From the NCBI RefSeq assembly GCF_000150275.1, contig NW_002060973.1, forward strand, positions 271,555 through 335,554: 64,000 nt of DNA. Reading direction: 5' to 3'. The notes under the pieces are model-generated. The model saw nothing but the letters and a program-made list of their open reading frames with translations. It made no database searches and was not told the origin of the DNA. The DNA comes from Trichoplax adhaerens (Eukaryota; Animalia; Placozoa). Positions 37,901-56,478 of the stretch are shown here, piece after piece. Position 1 is the stretch's first letter, and each line of letters begins with the position of its first letter. The translations under genes and the position numbers were made by a program.

Positions 37901-40900
37901 AAATGGACATTCGCTTTCCGCCTGTTGAACTACTTTTATTAACACCTTTTATATTGTCGTTTAAAAATAGTAAGTTAAGTTAGTTCTTGCACAACACATT
38001 AACTACACCGGTATTGCACATCATAATATACGAGTGCAGTCAAAAGGATTGTTATTTCAGAACCTAACCTTTTGCAGCACCAGCGACTGCAGCTAAATAT
38101 TGAATGACTTTCTTGGTATTTTCAGTTTTTCCAGCACCAGATTCACCCCTAGGAAATGGAAGTAAAGATGACGTTTATATAAGATTAGATGAGATTGAGA
38201 GTTGGTTGATGATCTCCATTTCTGAAATCAATCTATTTGATGTTCCTTACGTGCATAGGATGGATTGATCTTCGCGTTCTGATGTTGATTACAAAATGAA
38301 AAGAAAGCCGACATTAATAAATGAAAGTACGCGTCATGATGCAAGGATAGACTTAAGTTTTAACTCTACATGAACGACAATGTCCTACAACAGTCAAGGC
38401 AATGACTATACTGTCTATAGCGACTACTATTAAGGCATATGCCATCGATAGCCATCAAGGATGACAAGTGAACACAGTTTACAGACAGTAAGTTCTGCCA
38501 ACAGCGTCGATATCATGATCATCAAGGATGACTAATATTGACATCGATCGCTTGCTTGTCTATTACCGATGGCTATTGGTAGCAGTGGTCATCTTGCATT
38601 TCAATCGCCTAGAAAACCTTAATTTACACTTACCCAAAAGCATACACCTATAAGCTTGATCGGTAATGGCATAAATATGTGGCGGCACTTCATGTCGTTT
38701 TTTACTTTTATACAATTCGACGACTTCATCGGTATAAATGGGATAGCGTTTATACGGATTGACCACAACACAAAATAAACCGGAATATGTCTAATGATAG
38801 CAAGGTAAAAAGACAATACACAAATTAGCATGGTATTGGAGAAGAGCAATCCAACAGCAATCAATAAGCAATCATAGAGAAAGTTATTTTCCTTGCGTGA
38901 ACAAAAAGAATCAACACATTCTAAAGTGGAATAATACAAGCTATTATAGAGAAGAAAGAAGCAGGAAAATAGACCGCTGTTAGCGACTGTTTTTAATCCT
39001 GCACAGTCAAGGTCTGTGAAATGGCCATGTCTCACTCTGAAATCCGATTCCCCCAATTTTCTTCTTAGGAGAAAGGGAGACGTTAACAAGTAATCAATAC
39101 TGTTTGGCTTCAACGACTCAAAAGGATTATCAGGATCGTATTGGCGAGGGTTTCTTACGAGCTAATGGTGATCATCCTCGACATCTCTTGACTTGATTTT
39201 CCTTTCTTCCCATCAAGACAGAAGAAAACGATCCTTTGCATTGCTTACAACTATACTTTCTAGCTGTCATCTCGGCAAAGCGATCAGATCGCTTAAACGA
39301 CTAAAATGATCACAACCATCTCTGGACTTGTTGTGTTACTAATGAAACGTATGTTTTCTCATACAACAATTGAATTATTTTGTGTATCTGTTGATGTACT
39401 AGTACTAGGATAACATTGCTGATGTCGATGGCAAATGAGGATATTACCAAATCATTGTTAACGTATGTTTAATCATACAACAATTCAATTACTTGGTGTC
39501 GATTTGAAAAGTATCAATCATTCTTAACGCATGTTATATCCTACTGCAATTAGATTACTTTGTATCAGTTTGATGAGTATTAGGATAAATATGCTGATGT
39601 CGATGGTCCATCGAGAAGGTGGACTAAAATGATTTTAAACGCATATTTTATCCTATCTCAATTCAGTTACTTTTACATTTTGACGAGTAGTCGGATAGCC
39701 TTAGTGACGGCGATGGTCAATCAAGAGAGCGCCAATTCATTCTTAACGCATATTTTATCGTATAATAATTGAATTACTTTGGATGAGTTTGATGAGCATT
39801 AGGATAATATTTGCTGACGTCGATGGTCAAATTAAGAGATCGCCAAATCATATTGAACGCATGTTTTATCCTCCAACAATTGAATTACTTTGTTTCGGCT
39901 TGATGAGTATTAGGATAACATTGACTGATGTCGATGGTCAATCAAGAGGGCGCTAAATCATGTTCAACGTCTATTTTATCCTACAGCAATTCAATCGCTT
40001 TAACAATGATTTGTATCCATTTGACGAGTAGAACGACAACATGCTTTGCCGATATCGATGATTAATAGGAGATGAGACAACAATTCAATTAGTTTGTACT
40101 TTGGGTACTAGAAATAACATCGCTAACGTCGATGGCCCATGAGGATTTTGCCAAATTATTTTGAAGCATTTGATCATACCGCATTTCAATAACTTTGTAG
40201 CTACTAGATGAGCAGGATGATAACATGCTTTGCTGATATCGATGGTCAAGAAGAGATGATACAACCAACAATCCAATGACTTTGTATCGACTGGATGAGT
40301 CTAGGATAACACTACTAATGTCGATGACCAATGAGGATATTGCCTACCAAATCATTTTGAAGCCATACACTATTTGATCCTATCCCATTTAACAATTTTG
40401 TAACTGGTGGATGATCAATAAAGAGATTGCGAAATCCTATTCAACGTTAACGCGATGAAAAAGAGAGCCTGCTGCTCGCGGTAGGTTGTTCAAAGAATGG
40501 CTTGAATGGATCATTTTTCAGCAATCACTTTGTCCTCATCAACAATCCTATGTCTGGAACAATATCGCCATCCCTCAAGGATGGCAATCATTTAAAATCC
40601 TACAAATGACAAACTACCCTAGGTAGACACTCTTGGTAGATTTTGCTCATCGTTATCCTAGTCAAGTGATGACGAAATTGTCTGTAAAAAGATTATTTTT
40701 CAAATCGGTGTCTACAGGGGTAGGGACTAGGAGAATCTCCTATGTCCTCCTTTCATCCATACAGCAATCGCTTTCCTTCATCATCATTTGCTCCAATCCA
40801 ATCGGTATTCTATCCCTATCAATTTGATGTCTATTCGAAGAGTGCGTGAAACGATCACTTTGCTCATCATAATCATGGATCTCTACAACGAGTCGTTCTA

Positions 40901-43900
40901 GAGGTCCATGGCATGCTCATGATTGCATTTGACTGAATGGGATGTCCTCGCTTACTATACGAGCGAGAATTGATTTTCTCGCATGATCAAGTTTCATGAT
41001 AGGGTTATGCTGGAACGGAACGATTTGATGTCTATTAATAGGTGCCTGAAACGATTATTTTGCTCAGCATGATATGCCTCGATGGACAATCAGTTTGCTC
41101 CATCATCCTTTGCATAAAAACCAACAACATCGAATGCTGTTGACGATATCAAGGATTGATTGGTGTGCTAATCTTCTTCGTGTCCAAGCCAATCATTTTG
41201 TCGCCATGTCCAATGGCGGCAAACTGTATTTCCGATGCCGATTGGGACTGTTCAAAGTATTCACGATAGCACTAAGTGAATCAATGATGGCGGTCCTTAT
41301 CCAACCCCTTATATTCTAGTGCCCCATGATGGCTTCCTATTCAACTTTTTAACTTGGCGACCTACTACAGACAATAACGTATGGTGCTACTGTATTCAAT
41401 TAATTAGTGGGAAAACTGTTTCTAAATCAGCGGCCAAGAATGGGCTGCTCAGCCATCCATCTTTCACGAAATTATTGAGCACAAGTGTAGTTGAATTGGT
41501 CTGCACATTTGTTCCAGTCAGTCTCTTTCCCCTTGCTTCTAGGCCTCTATTTTACCTCTTTCTTGTTCAATTCCTTCCTTGATTAATATAACATTCATTG
41601 AGTTGATTTTACCAGCAATGATGATGGTCAAGAATCCAATGGAATGGATAGATCCACACTGCAATTCTATTTTCGAACGCGGAGAACAAGAATTGTGCGG
41701 CTAATACTCGCTAACTAATGAATCTCAATCCTGTCAGGGAAATGCAACTAGAAAAGTGTGGATATCCTGTTGTATAGTCGCTTTCAGTTTATTGAGTGAC
41801 AAGAACAGCCATAGCGGAAGCGGCAGCGATGAGTAAAGTCAAGGCCACTTTTCAAGCGAATCCATGATGGATAAAATACAGGTCTAAGATAAAAGGAATG
41901 CTGGATCATTCTGGCTATGATATCGAATCGATTGGCTTTGAGAGCTTTGGAATAGCTCACAGTAAACCAATCTACCTTGGTATCCAAGGTTTGTCATTTC
42001 GATTGTCGACTCTCCCTCTTTCCCTCATGTCAACTGCATCAGCACTAAAAGTCATCCGTAAGCAAAAAAACAATTTCTTGACCTATCCATCAACATTGCA
42101 AATAAGGTGGCCTTGTCTGTGGCATCCAAACAAGGTCAATAACAGTATTTTCTTTACCCTTTAAAAATAACATGGAGGAAAAGTCATGGAGAATGGGGGA
42201 GGGAGGAAATGAAAAGTTCTACTTTATCCCTATGATGGATAGCATTCAATCTCGATAATAATTCTGTAATAGGATTGCCACAGAATCAATAGGCTATCAT
42301 CAAAGTTAGGGCAGTCAAAGTTTAAGCTTGATTATGAACGATGATGGCTAGAAAAAGGCACAACACTTCAACATTGCTAGTCTAAACAAGCAGCATTTTG
42401 ATCATGGAAAAGAGGCTTTCAAGATCATCCAGTGTACAAGCCCAACAACATGGTCGAAAGATGACTCTATCCATATACGAAGAATAGCCAACAACAAGGC
42501 AGTATCGTTATGATGGCTCCATGACTTGAATGGGACAAATTCAAGGGAAATGGTTTTGCACTGCTACTGGCGGTTTGCCTAATGAAGGTTGGAAAAATGT
42601 TGCCATTCCCAGTGATGGGAAAATACAGTCGGTAAGCGACCATTTTGACTATCGATGAAGGGACTCCAGGCATCTATTTTCATGTTGCTTTCTACATGCA
42701 TGATTCAAAGCCATTTCAACAATCGCCATCAGGCGATATGGTCAATGCTATTGGCTAACGAAATGAAAGAGAGGATAAGAGAAATGAAAGGTGAGCGAGA
42801 AGATGGCGTTGTTGTTGAGTCAATGGTCGAGAAGTAGCCGAGGGAAGAGTATCCTTTGGAGTTGTGTACGACTGTCAAGTCGTGCCTGGCGCTGTTGTCG
42901 TTGCAGTCATGATGGTGTAGGGATGAGAAGAAGGGAAATTCCTTGTTGCAGTTAGCTTAAGCAATTTCCTTTCCTCATCATGACTGTCTGTAAGAGCTAT
43001 AATGGAAAAGGACGAAGAGAGGCAGCACGAATGATCCTTTCTCATCATCAAAGCAAGTCAAGATGCAAAATTAATAGACTATCGACTGCCTATGGCGATG
43101 GAGTAAAGTTGGGCAGCCACACGTAGCGTAGAATGATCCATATCGTTGATAGAAGGGGAAAAGAATGGAAAAGCATGGCAAGTTGGAGCTAAAGCATCAA
43201 GATTGGAGAGATCATCTACTCCAAGATTGAATGCATGAAGAAAAAGAAAGCGGCAGACAAAACAAAGAATGGTATTCCAGCGCTTGGAAAAGTCCAAGGC
43301 GCTGAATGGGCAACAAGATGTTGGCAAGCACTAAGTGCGTTGAAAAAGTGTAGAAAGAGAGAGAGAGACTGGCAAGGAGAAGAGAAGCGTTAAGCAAGTG
43401 TAGACTATCAAGGGAATACACGATCGTGTTGACAATCCTTTCGCGACATGTTGGACTCGATCGTGAAAAGGAGCCATGTTGAAAATGATGGCACTGCAAG
43501 GATTCGTTTAAAGTGGATAGAAAGGAAAAGGCGATTTATGGAAAACAAGAGCAAGAAAAGAAACGTCTTGAAAGGGGTGGGAAAAAAAGAAGGAAGGAAG
43601 GGGAAAAGAGAAGGAAAAAGCAGACAAAAATATACTCCACCCTTCTTGACTTACATAAATTAATCCGGAAAAATAGCGATCGCGTAAATTATGCAAGACC
43701 GAAGCTTCGTTCAAATAAGTTAAATCCGCCATGTCTTCCACCTTGTCGAATTTGGGTGGATTCATCTTTTGAATGTCTTCACGATTAATCGTCGTTGTAC
43801 GGCCATCATTTAATTGCACAGTCGCTTCATCACCACGTTCACTCTTAATACTGGCTGCCGTAAAACCATGATTATCATCAGGGATCCATACATACTTTTT

Positions 43901-43987
43901 GGCCATCCATTGCGCTTGGACGGCAGGATCGATAAATGCTCTTTTTTCCACAACAAGATGCTTCAATTCCTTGGCAGAGCTTTTCAT
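28970..43987 (-). CDS. Non-muscle/smooth-type myosin II heavy chain (MYH9/MYH10/zipper orthologous group), many short exons
   Basis: Motifs include [27 protein letters not shown], the P-loop [70 protein letters not shown] and [23 protein letters not shown] motifs, a long coiled-coil rod and an acidic tailpiece ending DDLDSNN* follow. The first coding intron is 38791-43654. Confidence 0.97.
39340..40400. repeat. Diverged ~120-bp tandem repeat (~8-9 copies) in myosin intron 1
   Basis: AGGATAACA..GCTGATGTCGATGG..AA..AG...CCAAATCAT recurs about every 120 bp. Confidence 0.85.
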
Positions 43988-44739
43988 CTTGCCTACTTGC
44001 TTTTTCCTCTCGTCGCTCTCAACACTTGGATTCAATCACTGAAATGGCACTAATTATCCACTTGTTCAATTCCACTTTCCTCAATCGCCAATTTTCAACG
44101 ATCAATAACGCTAATGGCTGCAATTTCACGACTAATGGATGGCGCTAGCAAAGAAATTTTTTTCTCAACCAGGCAAGCAAGCAGCCACAAGATTTGCGGC
44201 CCTTGAAGAACAGTACTGACACCTAGACGCCAGTGGGTCAAGATATGACCGGTGGAGAGGGGGGGGGGGTTAAAGGTGGGGGCACCAATGGGGGTGCTTG
44301 ACCAGGTCAGTTTGGTCTTGGTCCAGTACGGTACCACCACTGGCCCACCAAGCAGTAGGGTGTTGTTGTGTATGGTAGCACTCACCGGTGTGGCGACGAG
44401 CGGTGCGGGTCCAAGAGGCAGCGATGACAACCCTGATGGTTGACGGATTGCAGTGTGTTTGACGCCTGATGAGGGGAACGTATATACAGTCGTATGCTGC
44501 TAGCACATGAATCAATCACCAGACAGGGATAGGCGTGGTATCACTATGGTGGTGTACTTGAAACGCAGTCACAGGAAGCGTGTCGATCAATAGGACAGTC
44601 AGTATAACGTAATGCTAGGCGATGTTTCGTCACGTCCATAATGTCCTTTCCGTCCGTGATTACCCCACGTCGCCATGGACTGTCCACGACTGGTTGTCGT
44701 CGTCGAGGTACCTCCAGCATTGTCGATGATCCATCCAAG

Positions 44740-44770
44740 CTCTCTTTCTCTCTCTCTCTCTCCTCTCCTC
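44740..44770. repeat. (CT)n microsatellite at the boundary between the GC-rich myosin upstream region and the tandem array
   Basis: CTCTCTTTCTCTCTCTCTCTCTCCTCTCCTC. Confidence 0.8.
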
Positions 44771-44774
44771 GATG

Positions 44775-46640
44775 GTCTAATCTCTTTTAATCAGCATGCT
44801 GATGGATTACAAGGATGAGCAGCTGCCATCATCCAGGTCAAAATAGGCTTCTTTCAACTCGGAATAGTGGACATGAATGGACACCAGGTCCTGTCGAGGT
44901 TGCACTTTCTGTACACAACACATGAGCTGATGGACGAAGAGAGGGGCTACAGGGTAGACAAATCCGTTCAGGCTTTCTTTTTTAACTTCGTGGGGCTAAT
45001 CTCTTGTAACAGCATGCTGATGGATTACAAGCATGAGCAGCTGCCATCATCCAGGTCAAAATAGGCTTCTTTCAACTCGGAATAGTGGACATGAATGGAC
45101 ACCAGGTCCTGTCGAGGTTGCACTTTCTGTACACAACACATGAGCTGATGGACGAAGAGAGGGGCTACGGGGTAGACAAATCCGTTCAGGCTTTCTTTTT
45201 TAACTTCGTGGGGCTAATCTCTTGTAACAGCATGCTGATGGATTACAAGCAAGAGCAACTTCCAGCATCCTGGTCAAAATAAGCTTCTTTCAACTCTATG
45301 CCTTACAGTGGCATGGAATAGTGGACATGAATGGACACCAGGTCCTATCGAGGTTGCACTTTCTGTACACAACACATGAGCTGATGGACGAAGAGAGGGG
45401 CTACGGGTAGACAAATCCGTTCAGGCTTTCTTTTTGAACTTCGTGGGGCTAATCTCTTGTAACAGCATGCTGATGGATTACAAGCATGAGCAGCTGCCAT
45501 CATCCAGGTCAAAATAGGCTTCTTTCAACTCTATACCTTACAGTGGCGTGGAATAGTGGACAGGAATGGACACCAGGTCCTGTTGAGGTTGCACTTTCTG
45601 TACACAACACATGAGCTGATAGGCGAAGAGAGGGGCTACGGGGCAGACAAATCCGTCCAGGCTTCTTAACTTCATGGGGCTAATCTCTTGTAACAGCATG
45701 CTGATGGATTACAAGGATGAGCAACTTCCAGCATCCTGGTCAAAATAAGCTTCTTTCAACTCTATGCCTTACAGTGGCATGGAATCGTGGACAGGAATGG
45801 ACACCAGGTCCTATCGAGGTTGCACTTTCAGTGCACAACACATCAACTGATAGGCGAAGAGAGGGGCTACGGGAAAGACAAATCCGTCCAGGCTTTCTTT
45901 CTTAACTGCATGGGGCTAATCTCTTGTAACAGCATAGTGATGGGTTACAAGGATGAGCAACTTCCATCAATTAGCGAGGTCAAAATACACTTCTTTTTAC
46001 CTCTATGCCTTGCAGTGGCATGGAACACATGAGCTTATACGCGAAGAGAGACCCTGAGGTAGACGAATTCGTCCAGGCTTTCTTACTTACCTTCATGCGG
46101 CTTATCTCTTGCAACAACATGCTGATGGATTACAAGGATGAGTAATTTCCATGATCGAGGTCAAAATACACTTCTTTTACCTTTATGCCTTACAGTGGCA
46201 TAGAATATTGCACATCAATTGAGACCTGTCGAGGTTGAAGTTTCAGGACATAGCACATTAGCTTATGCTACTAGTAGAGAGGGATGATGGATTAGAATGA
46301 TTGCCATTTTCCATCATACAGGTAAAAAATACTCTCTTTTTTAACTGTATGCGGCCTTGCAGTGGCATGGAATGCATACGCATAATGCACAAGAATTGAC
46401 GCCAGTCGAGATGCAGTTTCAGCATGCAACGCATACGCGTCTACCGGGTAGACGAATCCCTCCAGGCTTTCTCTCTTACCTTCATCGGCAAATCTCCTAC
46501 AATACCATACTAATGGATTAGAATGATCGCCATCTTCTATCGTACAGGTTAAAAATACTCTTATTTACCTCCATACCGTCGAGGCTTTCTCTCTGACCTC
46601 GATGAGCCAATCTCTTGCAACACCATCCTGATGGTTTTGA
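44775..46640. repeat. 218/236-bp tandem array, homogeneous on the left and decaying to the right
   Basis: CAGCATGCTGATGGATTACAAG occurs at ~44792, 45010, 45228, 45463 and 45694, with decayed copies after that. Later units carry an extra ~18-nt TATGCCTTACAGTGGCAT. Confidence 0.95.
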
Positions 46641-46944
46641 ATGATCGCAGTTTCATTACTCAACGCCTTTACTGTATTATACATACGCGAATATTTTGTC
46701 CATATTGAAATACACCACATATACAACATTCAAGCTTCGATGGGAGCACCACTGGCCTACTTTCAAATAACATTCAAACATGATTCATTGAACGGAATAC
46801 ATGTTAGTCTGTACGTCTATAGACGCGTCGATTCCCTCGTGCAATGCCCAAAATCTAGTATCCTGTCCGCATTGATATACATGCAGTATTGCGTAGACGA
46901 GTACGTACAATTTCAGATAATGAATGGACCTTCCTTGATCCATT

Positions 46945-47575
46945 GCGAAGTAGATAGAAATCAGCCTGTATTGATACTATAACTACAAAAATAGTAAGCC
47001 AAAGCATCGATCACTCATCCAATTTCATTCTCATACCGGTACACTTTCAGAAATTGGATGTTGAATCTTTCTTGATGACTTCTAAAGTAGATAGGCATCA
47101 CCCTGTATACTGATACTGTAACTGCATGAGGAATAGACTAAAAGCATCGATCTCTGATCCAATTTCATTCTCATACCGAAACACTTTCAGAAACTGAATA
47201 TTGGATCTTTCTTGATTAATTCTAAAGTAGATAGACATCATCAGGCATGGATACTACAATTACAACAGGAGTAGACAAAAAAAACATCGATCGATGATCC
47301 AATTTCACTCTCATACTGAAACACTTTCAGAAATGGAATATTGGATCTTTCTTGCTCCATTCTAAAGTAGATAGACATCATCGTGCATGGATACTGTATA
47401 CTGCAATTGCAAGAGGAGTAGACAAAAAATATCGATCGATGATCCAATTTCATTCTCATATTGGGACACTTTCAGAAATTGAATAGGGAACCTTTAAAGC
47501 TTGATCAATTCTAAAGCAGATCGACATCATCAGGCATTGATACTACTGTACAATTGCAATAGGAGTAGACCAACC
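46945..47575. repeat. ~131-bp tandem repeat x4-5
   Basis: ATCCAATTTCATTCTCATAC..ACACTTTCAGAAA occurs at ~47017, 47157, 47297 and 47442. Confidence 0.9.
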
Positions 47576-49046
47576 GATGGCCATGCTCACTTTTATAACC
47601 GGTAATAACAAATGTTATCACAGAGTCAATCCATGAAAACTACTCCATGGATAAGTACATAGAAGGGGGCAGGTTTTTACGTTATACGAGTACAATACCT
47701 AGTGTAGGACATCAGCATGTATAAACTAGAGAAAATTATCTGTCACTAGGCACTTAATCACAAATACATTCTGTACGAGTACCTGTACACTCTTCAACAT
47801 ACTGGATCAGCTATGATATTGGCGTACAGCAGGCTGTAAAATAGAAAACGTCTCTTCCCTAGCGTCAAGTTACAAGAGGATATCAAAATTTCTTTATTTC
47901 CAAATTATCAGTTTACTGAGATACGGGTTAAGTGTTCTAAAGAGTAGCTAGCTACAACGACATGTATGATGTACTATCCACTAATGTAAATGCACATAAC
48001 ACACTTCATTTTTGAAGCAAATTCAATTAAAGAAAAATGTCTGTCTGGGGAAAGAGCAGTATAGAGACTGAATTGTTGCTCTGTATTTTAGCGAGTCTTA
48101 TACAGTTTTTAGATAGCTACCCCATGATCCATACTGTAGTCTAGTCTAAGAGGCTAAAATTAGATAGCATGCGTTCATTAGCCATGGAGATAAAGTACAA
48201 ATCATTATCATTTGAACACTGTGAATAAGACGTAGTATAACGAAGCTTAAACACTGGATAATCAATTATATCAATGCATACGAATAGAATAATGTTCTAG
48301 CATATAGACTATTGCAACAAAACGATTGGAAATATTCGTTGTAGCATCACATTTATGTTATATAATACAAATACCAAAGCACTATGGAGCATCGAATCTT
48401 TCTAGTTCGACAATATTACAGCAATTTTTCTTACGTTACTAAAGACAAGAAATTTGTAAAGCGATACTGCCGGCCTTATCCGAGTTCATACTGAATGTAC
48501 AATACACTGAGAAGTTTCCATTAATTATATCAAATCATCAATGGCTATCAATAGAATTTTACTGCAATGATGACACCAAAACATTATAACAGAGACGCTA
48601 CAACAACGCCAACACTTTCATGCAATCATTATCAAAATTACCTGCCATGTCCATCTCTCATGCGCGTACGCACAGTACGTACATAATTTTATATTAGATC
48701 ATCGATATCATGATCAATTGATACGATTTAAAGATACAATTGAAAATGATCATTAGCAATACAATTAAGTAATGACTCAAAACTGGCATCAATTTTAAAT
48801 GTAACAAATGTTATTCAATGAGTCTATAAAACAACATTTAAAATTAATATGGACTTGATGTAGATGGAAGCCCAATCTTAAATTGTAAAAGATAAATATT
48901 ATCGGTTGTACCTACAAGGATACTTTACAAGGCTTGAATACCGTCATTGGAATTCTATTAACATGCACTGCAGATATTGTGACGCAAATATCGCCAAAGG
49001 ATACCCATTCCCATCTTTACCATCATTTCAGTATAATGCAAAAGGA

Positions 49047-53685
<4,639 letters not shown>

Positions 53686-56478
53686 CTGCCTGATTAAGAC
53701 TTGTATCGCTGACGACGAAAGCGTAATCGATTGAACCGACAAAAAGACTCCAATCAAGTTGAATTCAACGACGATAGAGAGGAAATTTCTCTTCTTTGAC
53801 GAGCTGCCAACACTGGTTGAACCTATAGCAAGATTTTTTTCCAATCAAAGTGGACGAGGCCTTCGTTGAACGTTTGCAAGCACGTTGAAAAAAAAAAAAC
53901 TTTCTTCTCTTTCCTGCCAAGAATTTTATGCGTTTGCTGGACTCCGTCTCCTGTCTACTGCTGCTTTCACCACTGTCCTCAGTCCAATCGCCTGGTTAAC
54001 GCTACAGTACAGAGTCTACAGTACGACAGACTCCAGTCCAGGAAGAAAAGTACTGAACGGTTATTCCCTCGGATGGACGGATATTGCGTCTTCGGATGTT
54101 CCAATAGGCACGGTTGTAAACACCTGCCATGGTGAATCATGATAATATTAGTATGGGCCGGATACTCCCTCCATTCCCCAAATGGATATCTTTTTCTTGA
54201 CTGAAATCATCGAACAATGTATGCTATGTTGTATTTTGCTCTATTGTACCTCAAAGTAGTGCTATTGATTTCTTTTCAATGAGTCATAGAGTGATTCAGA
54301 AAACAGACACAGTAGGAGATGCATATCCAGTCTGCGCTATTTTAGTTCAATGCGTTGGTCAAAAGTCAGTCCACAGCGACTACTCAAGTACGGAGCTCGG
54401 GCATAGACTTCAGTATTGAAAGTCTGAAACTGGCTGACATTGATTCCAATTGGGTCTACTGATACAGTACAGTACAATCATCCACTGCATACTAGAAGTA
54501 GTAGACTGTAGTCCATAGTGCAATGTCCTTATAATGAATTAGAAATGATTATAGATGATAGAATTAGAATTAGAAATGCAGATTTGGCAGTGCAATGTCC
54601 TTTTAATGAATGCTACTTTGGGCAGTACTGTACTGTATTGTAGTCTGTAGACGGTGATCCACATTGGGACTGTACAATGTCCTTTTAATGCAGCTATGCG
54701 TAATCGAAGAATGTCAAAATGGACAGTGACAATGCAATGTAAAACGGATCGACTGGTTCAAAAAGCAATCCATCAAGAAAACGCTCTATATTAAATCCAT
54801 CCCAAAAATGGGTATACAGGCACTGTGTAGGTTCTAGATGGAGATCTAGAAGCGCAGCAGAGTGGTAGACAAGGATTTAGGAGATACTACGACCTTTATT
54901 GAAAGCGCCATTATTAGGCTTCCATGGCGTAGCTCCGTAACAACTGTACACTGTACACTGTACACTGTACAGTCAGGAATGCGATACGCGGTAATGATGC
55001 ACATGCGTAATACAAGCCAAATAATCCAATGGAACAATATACAGTACACAGTATACAGTACACTACTGTACTAGACAGTATGTCATCTACAGTACACTAC
55101 AAGGTCTCGTTCAATCCGACCAAAAATACGCGACGGGACGGGACAGAAGTACACCGGTGAAGTGCCCATACGCAATAGCAATGCTACTAAATGGTAGTCT
55201 CGGCTAGAAATGGCGTTCTCTCTTCTTAGTCACTGTACAGTAAATAAATAGTCTTTGATCAGGGACGCCAGCTGAAAAAATTGCACACCAAAAGCCAAAA
55301 AGTCGCTACGGTGTCAAATACCCAAATATCCCAGTTGATAAAAACCTTTTAGTAATTTGGGACGAAATTTTCTCTCTAGGCGTCCTCGCCCACCAGTGCA
55401 GTCGTACTTGTAGACAACAAAAAATGGAAAAAAAGAAACGCTAGAATTCATTGAAGTGAACGATATATAATGAAAACACCAATGACTCAAAAAATGGACT
55501 GCTCACTTCTATACTTTCCACTCAAACAAATGACTATATCCTACCTATGCTTGACTGTATTTATCTGATCTGTTCACACTCATGTATTAGACTATAACAC
55601 AACGATCATCAACCAATCCATCCGTCAAGGATCAACTGCAGGGGCTCTAATTTCATTCAGCCACAATCCTGCAACTGCTCAAGAGAAATGCGCAATGCAA
55701 GAGTATTTCGAGTAGATGATCATCAAGTTTACTTATCCTTCGAGTACAGTAGTCCATGGTACAATGGCAAAACACTACCATCATTCTACTGTACAGTTGA
55801 TTTAAGAATACTTGACAGAAACGATTGCTACTACTGCTACAATGATAAAAGATAACCTACTGTACTGGTCTTATGAATAACGTGTACATTGCTGCACTAT
55901 AAAATAAACTCTGTAGGCGGTGAAGTCATCATCTCTCAGTACATATTCATTTTCAACTTTGATGATTATACTAATCTAATTTATTTCAATTTTTTCCTCT
56001 TGTGCATAACTCGCTACATTAATCATGAACAGGCTTGATATGACATGCAAGCAAGTTGATTGGATTCAATAAAGTGATCATTAAATCAATCAATCAATAC
56101 CACCTTGCCTGAATGCGCAAATACAGAATAGGAAGGGGAAAAATGGCAGAAGCCCTCATATATTGCAAATTTCATCAAGGCATTAGCAAAAACAACGTTT
56201 GCATTTAGCGTACAAATCAGTTTTTCTATAGCACAACGGAATGGAGATATCGTTTTTAAATCATTATCACTTTTGTTACCAACTTTAATCCATTTTATGC
56301 GCATTACGCGTATATTCATACAACTATGGATAGCGTTAAACGAGGGTATCATGCATTTAAAAGTGAGTCATGGTTGTTCATTAGGCAGCGCAGGTTTGCG
56401 ATGACTTCTTGTTATCCTTCGCTGAAATGCTCAACGTTGATATTGCGAAGAAAAAGATAGGATTGGTATTTTACCCGA

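Noticed and set aside
40420-43500. Nested gene or retroelement ORFs in myosin intron 1
   Set aside because: No RT, transposase or other domain motifs in any listed ORF.
44095-44738. Several 60-110 aa ORFs upstream of myosin
   Set aside because: They are overlapping ORFs on both strands in a GC-rich island, with no recognisable motifs.
44802-44820. ATGGATTACAAGGATGA resembles the start of a FLAG tag
   Set aside because: It stops matching after DYKD and is part of a native diverging repeat, so it is coincidence and not vector.
44775-46000. Hammerhead ribozyme in the 218-bp repeat (CTGATGGA motifs)
   Set aside because: The core needs CUGANGA plus GAAA with flanking helices, which I could not find. 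An Rfam or RNAMotif scan would settle it.
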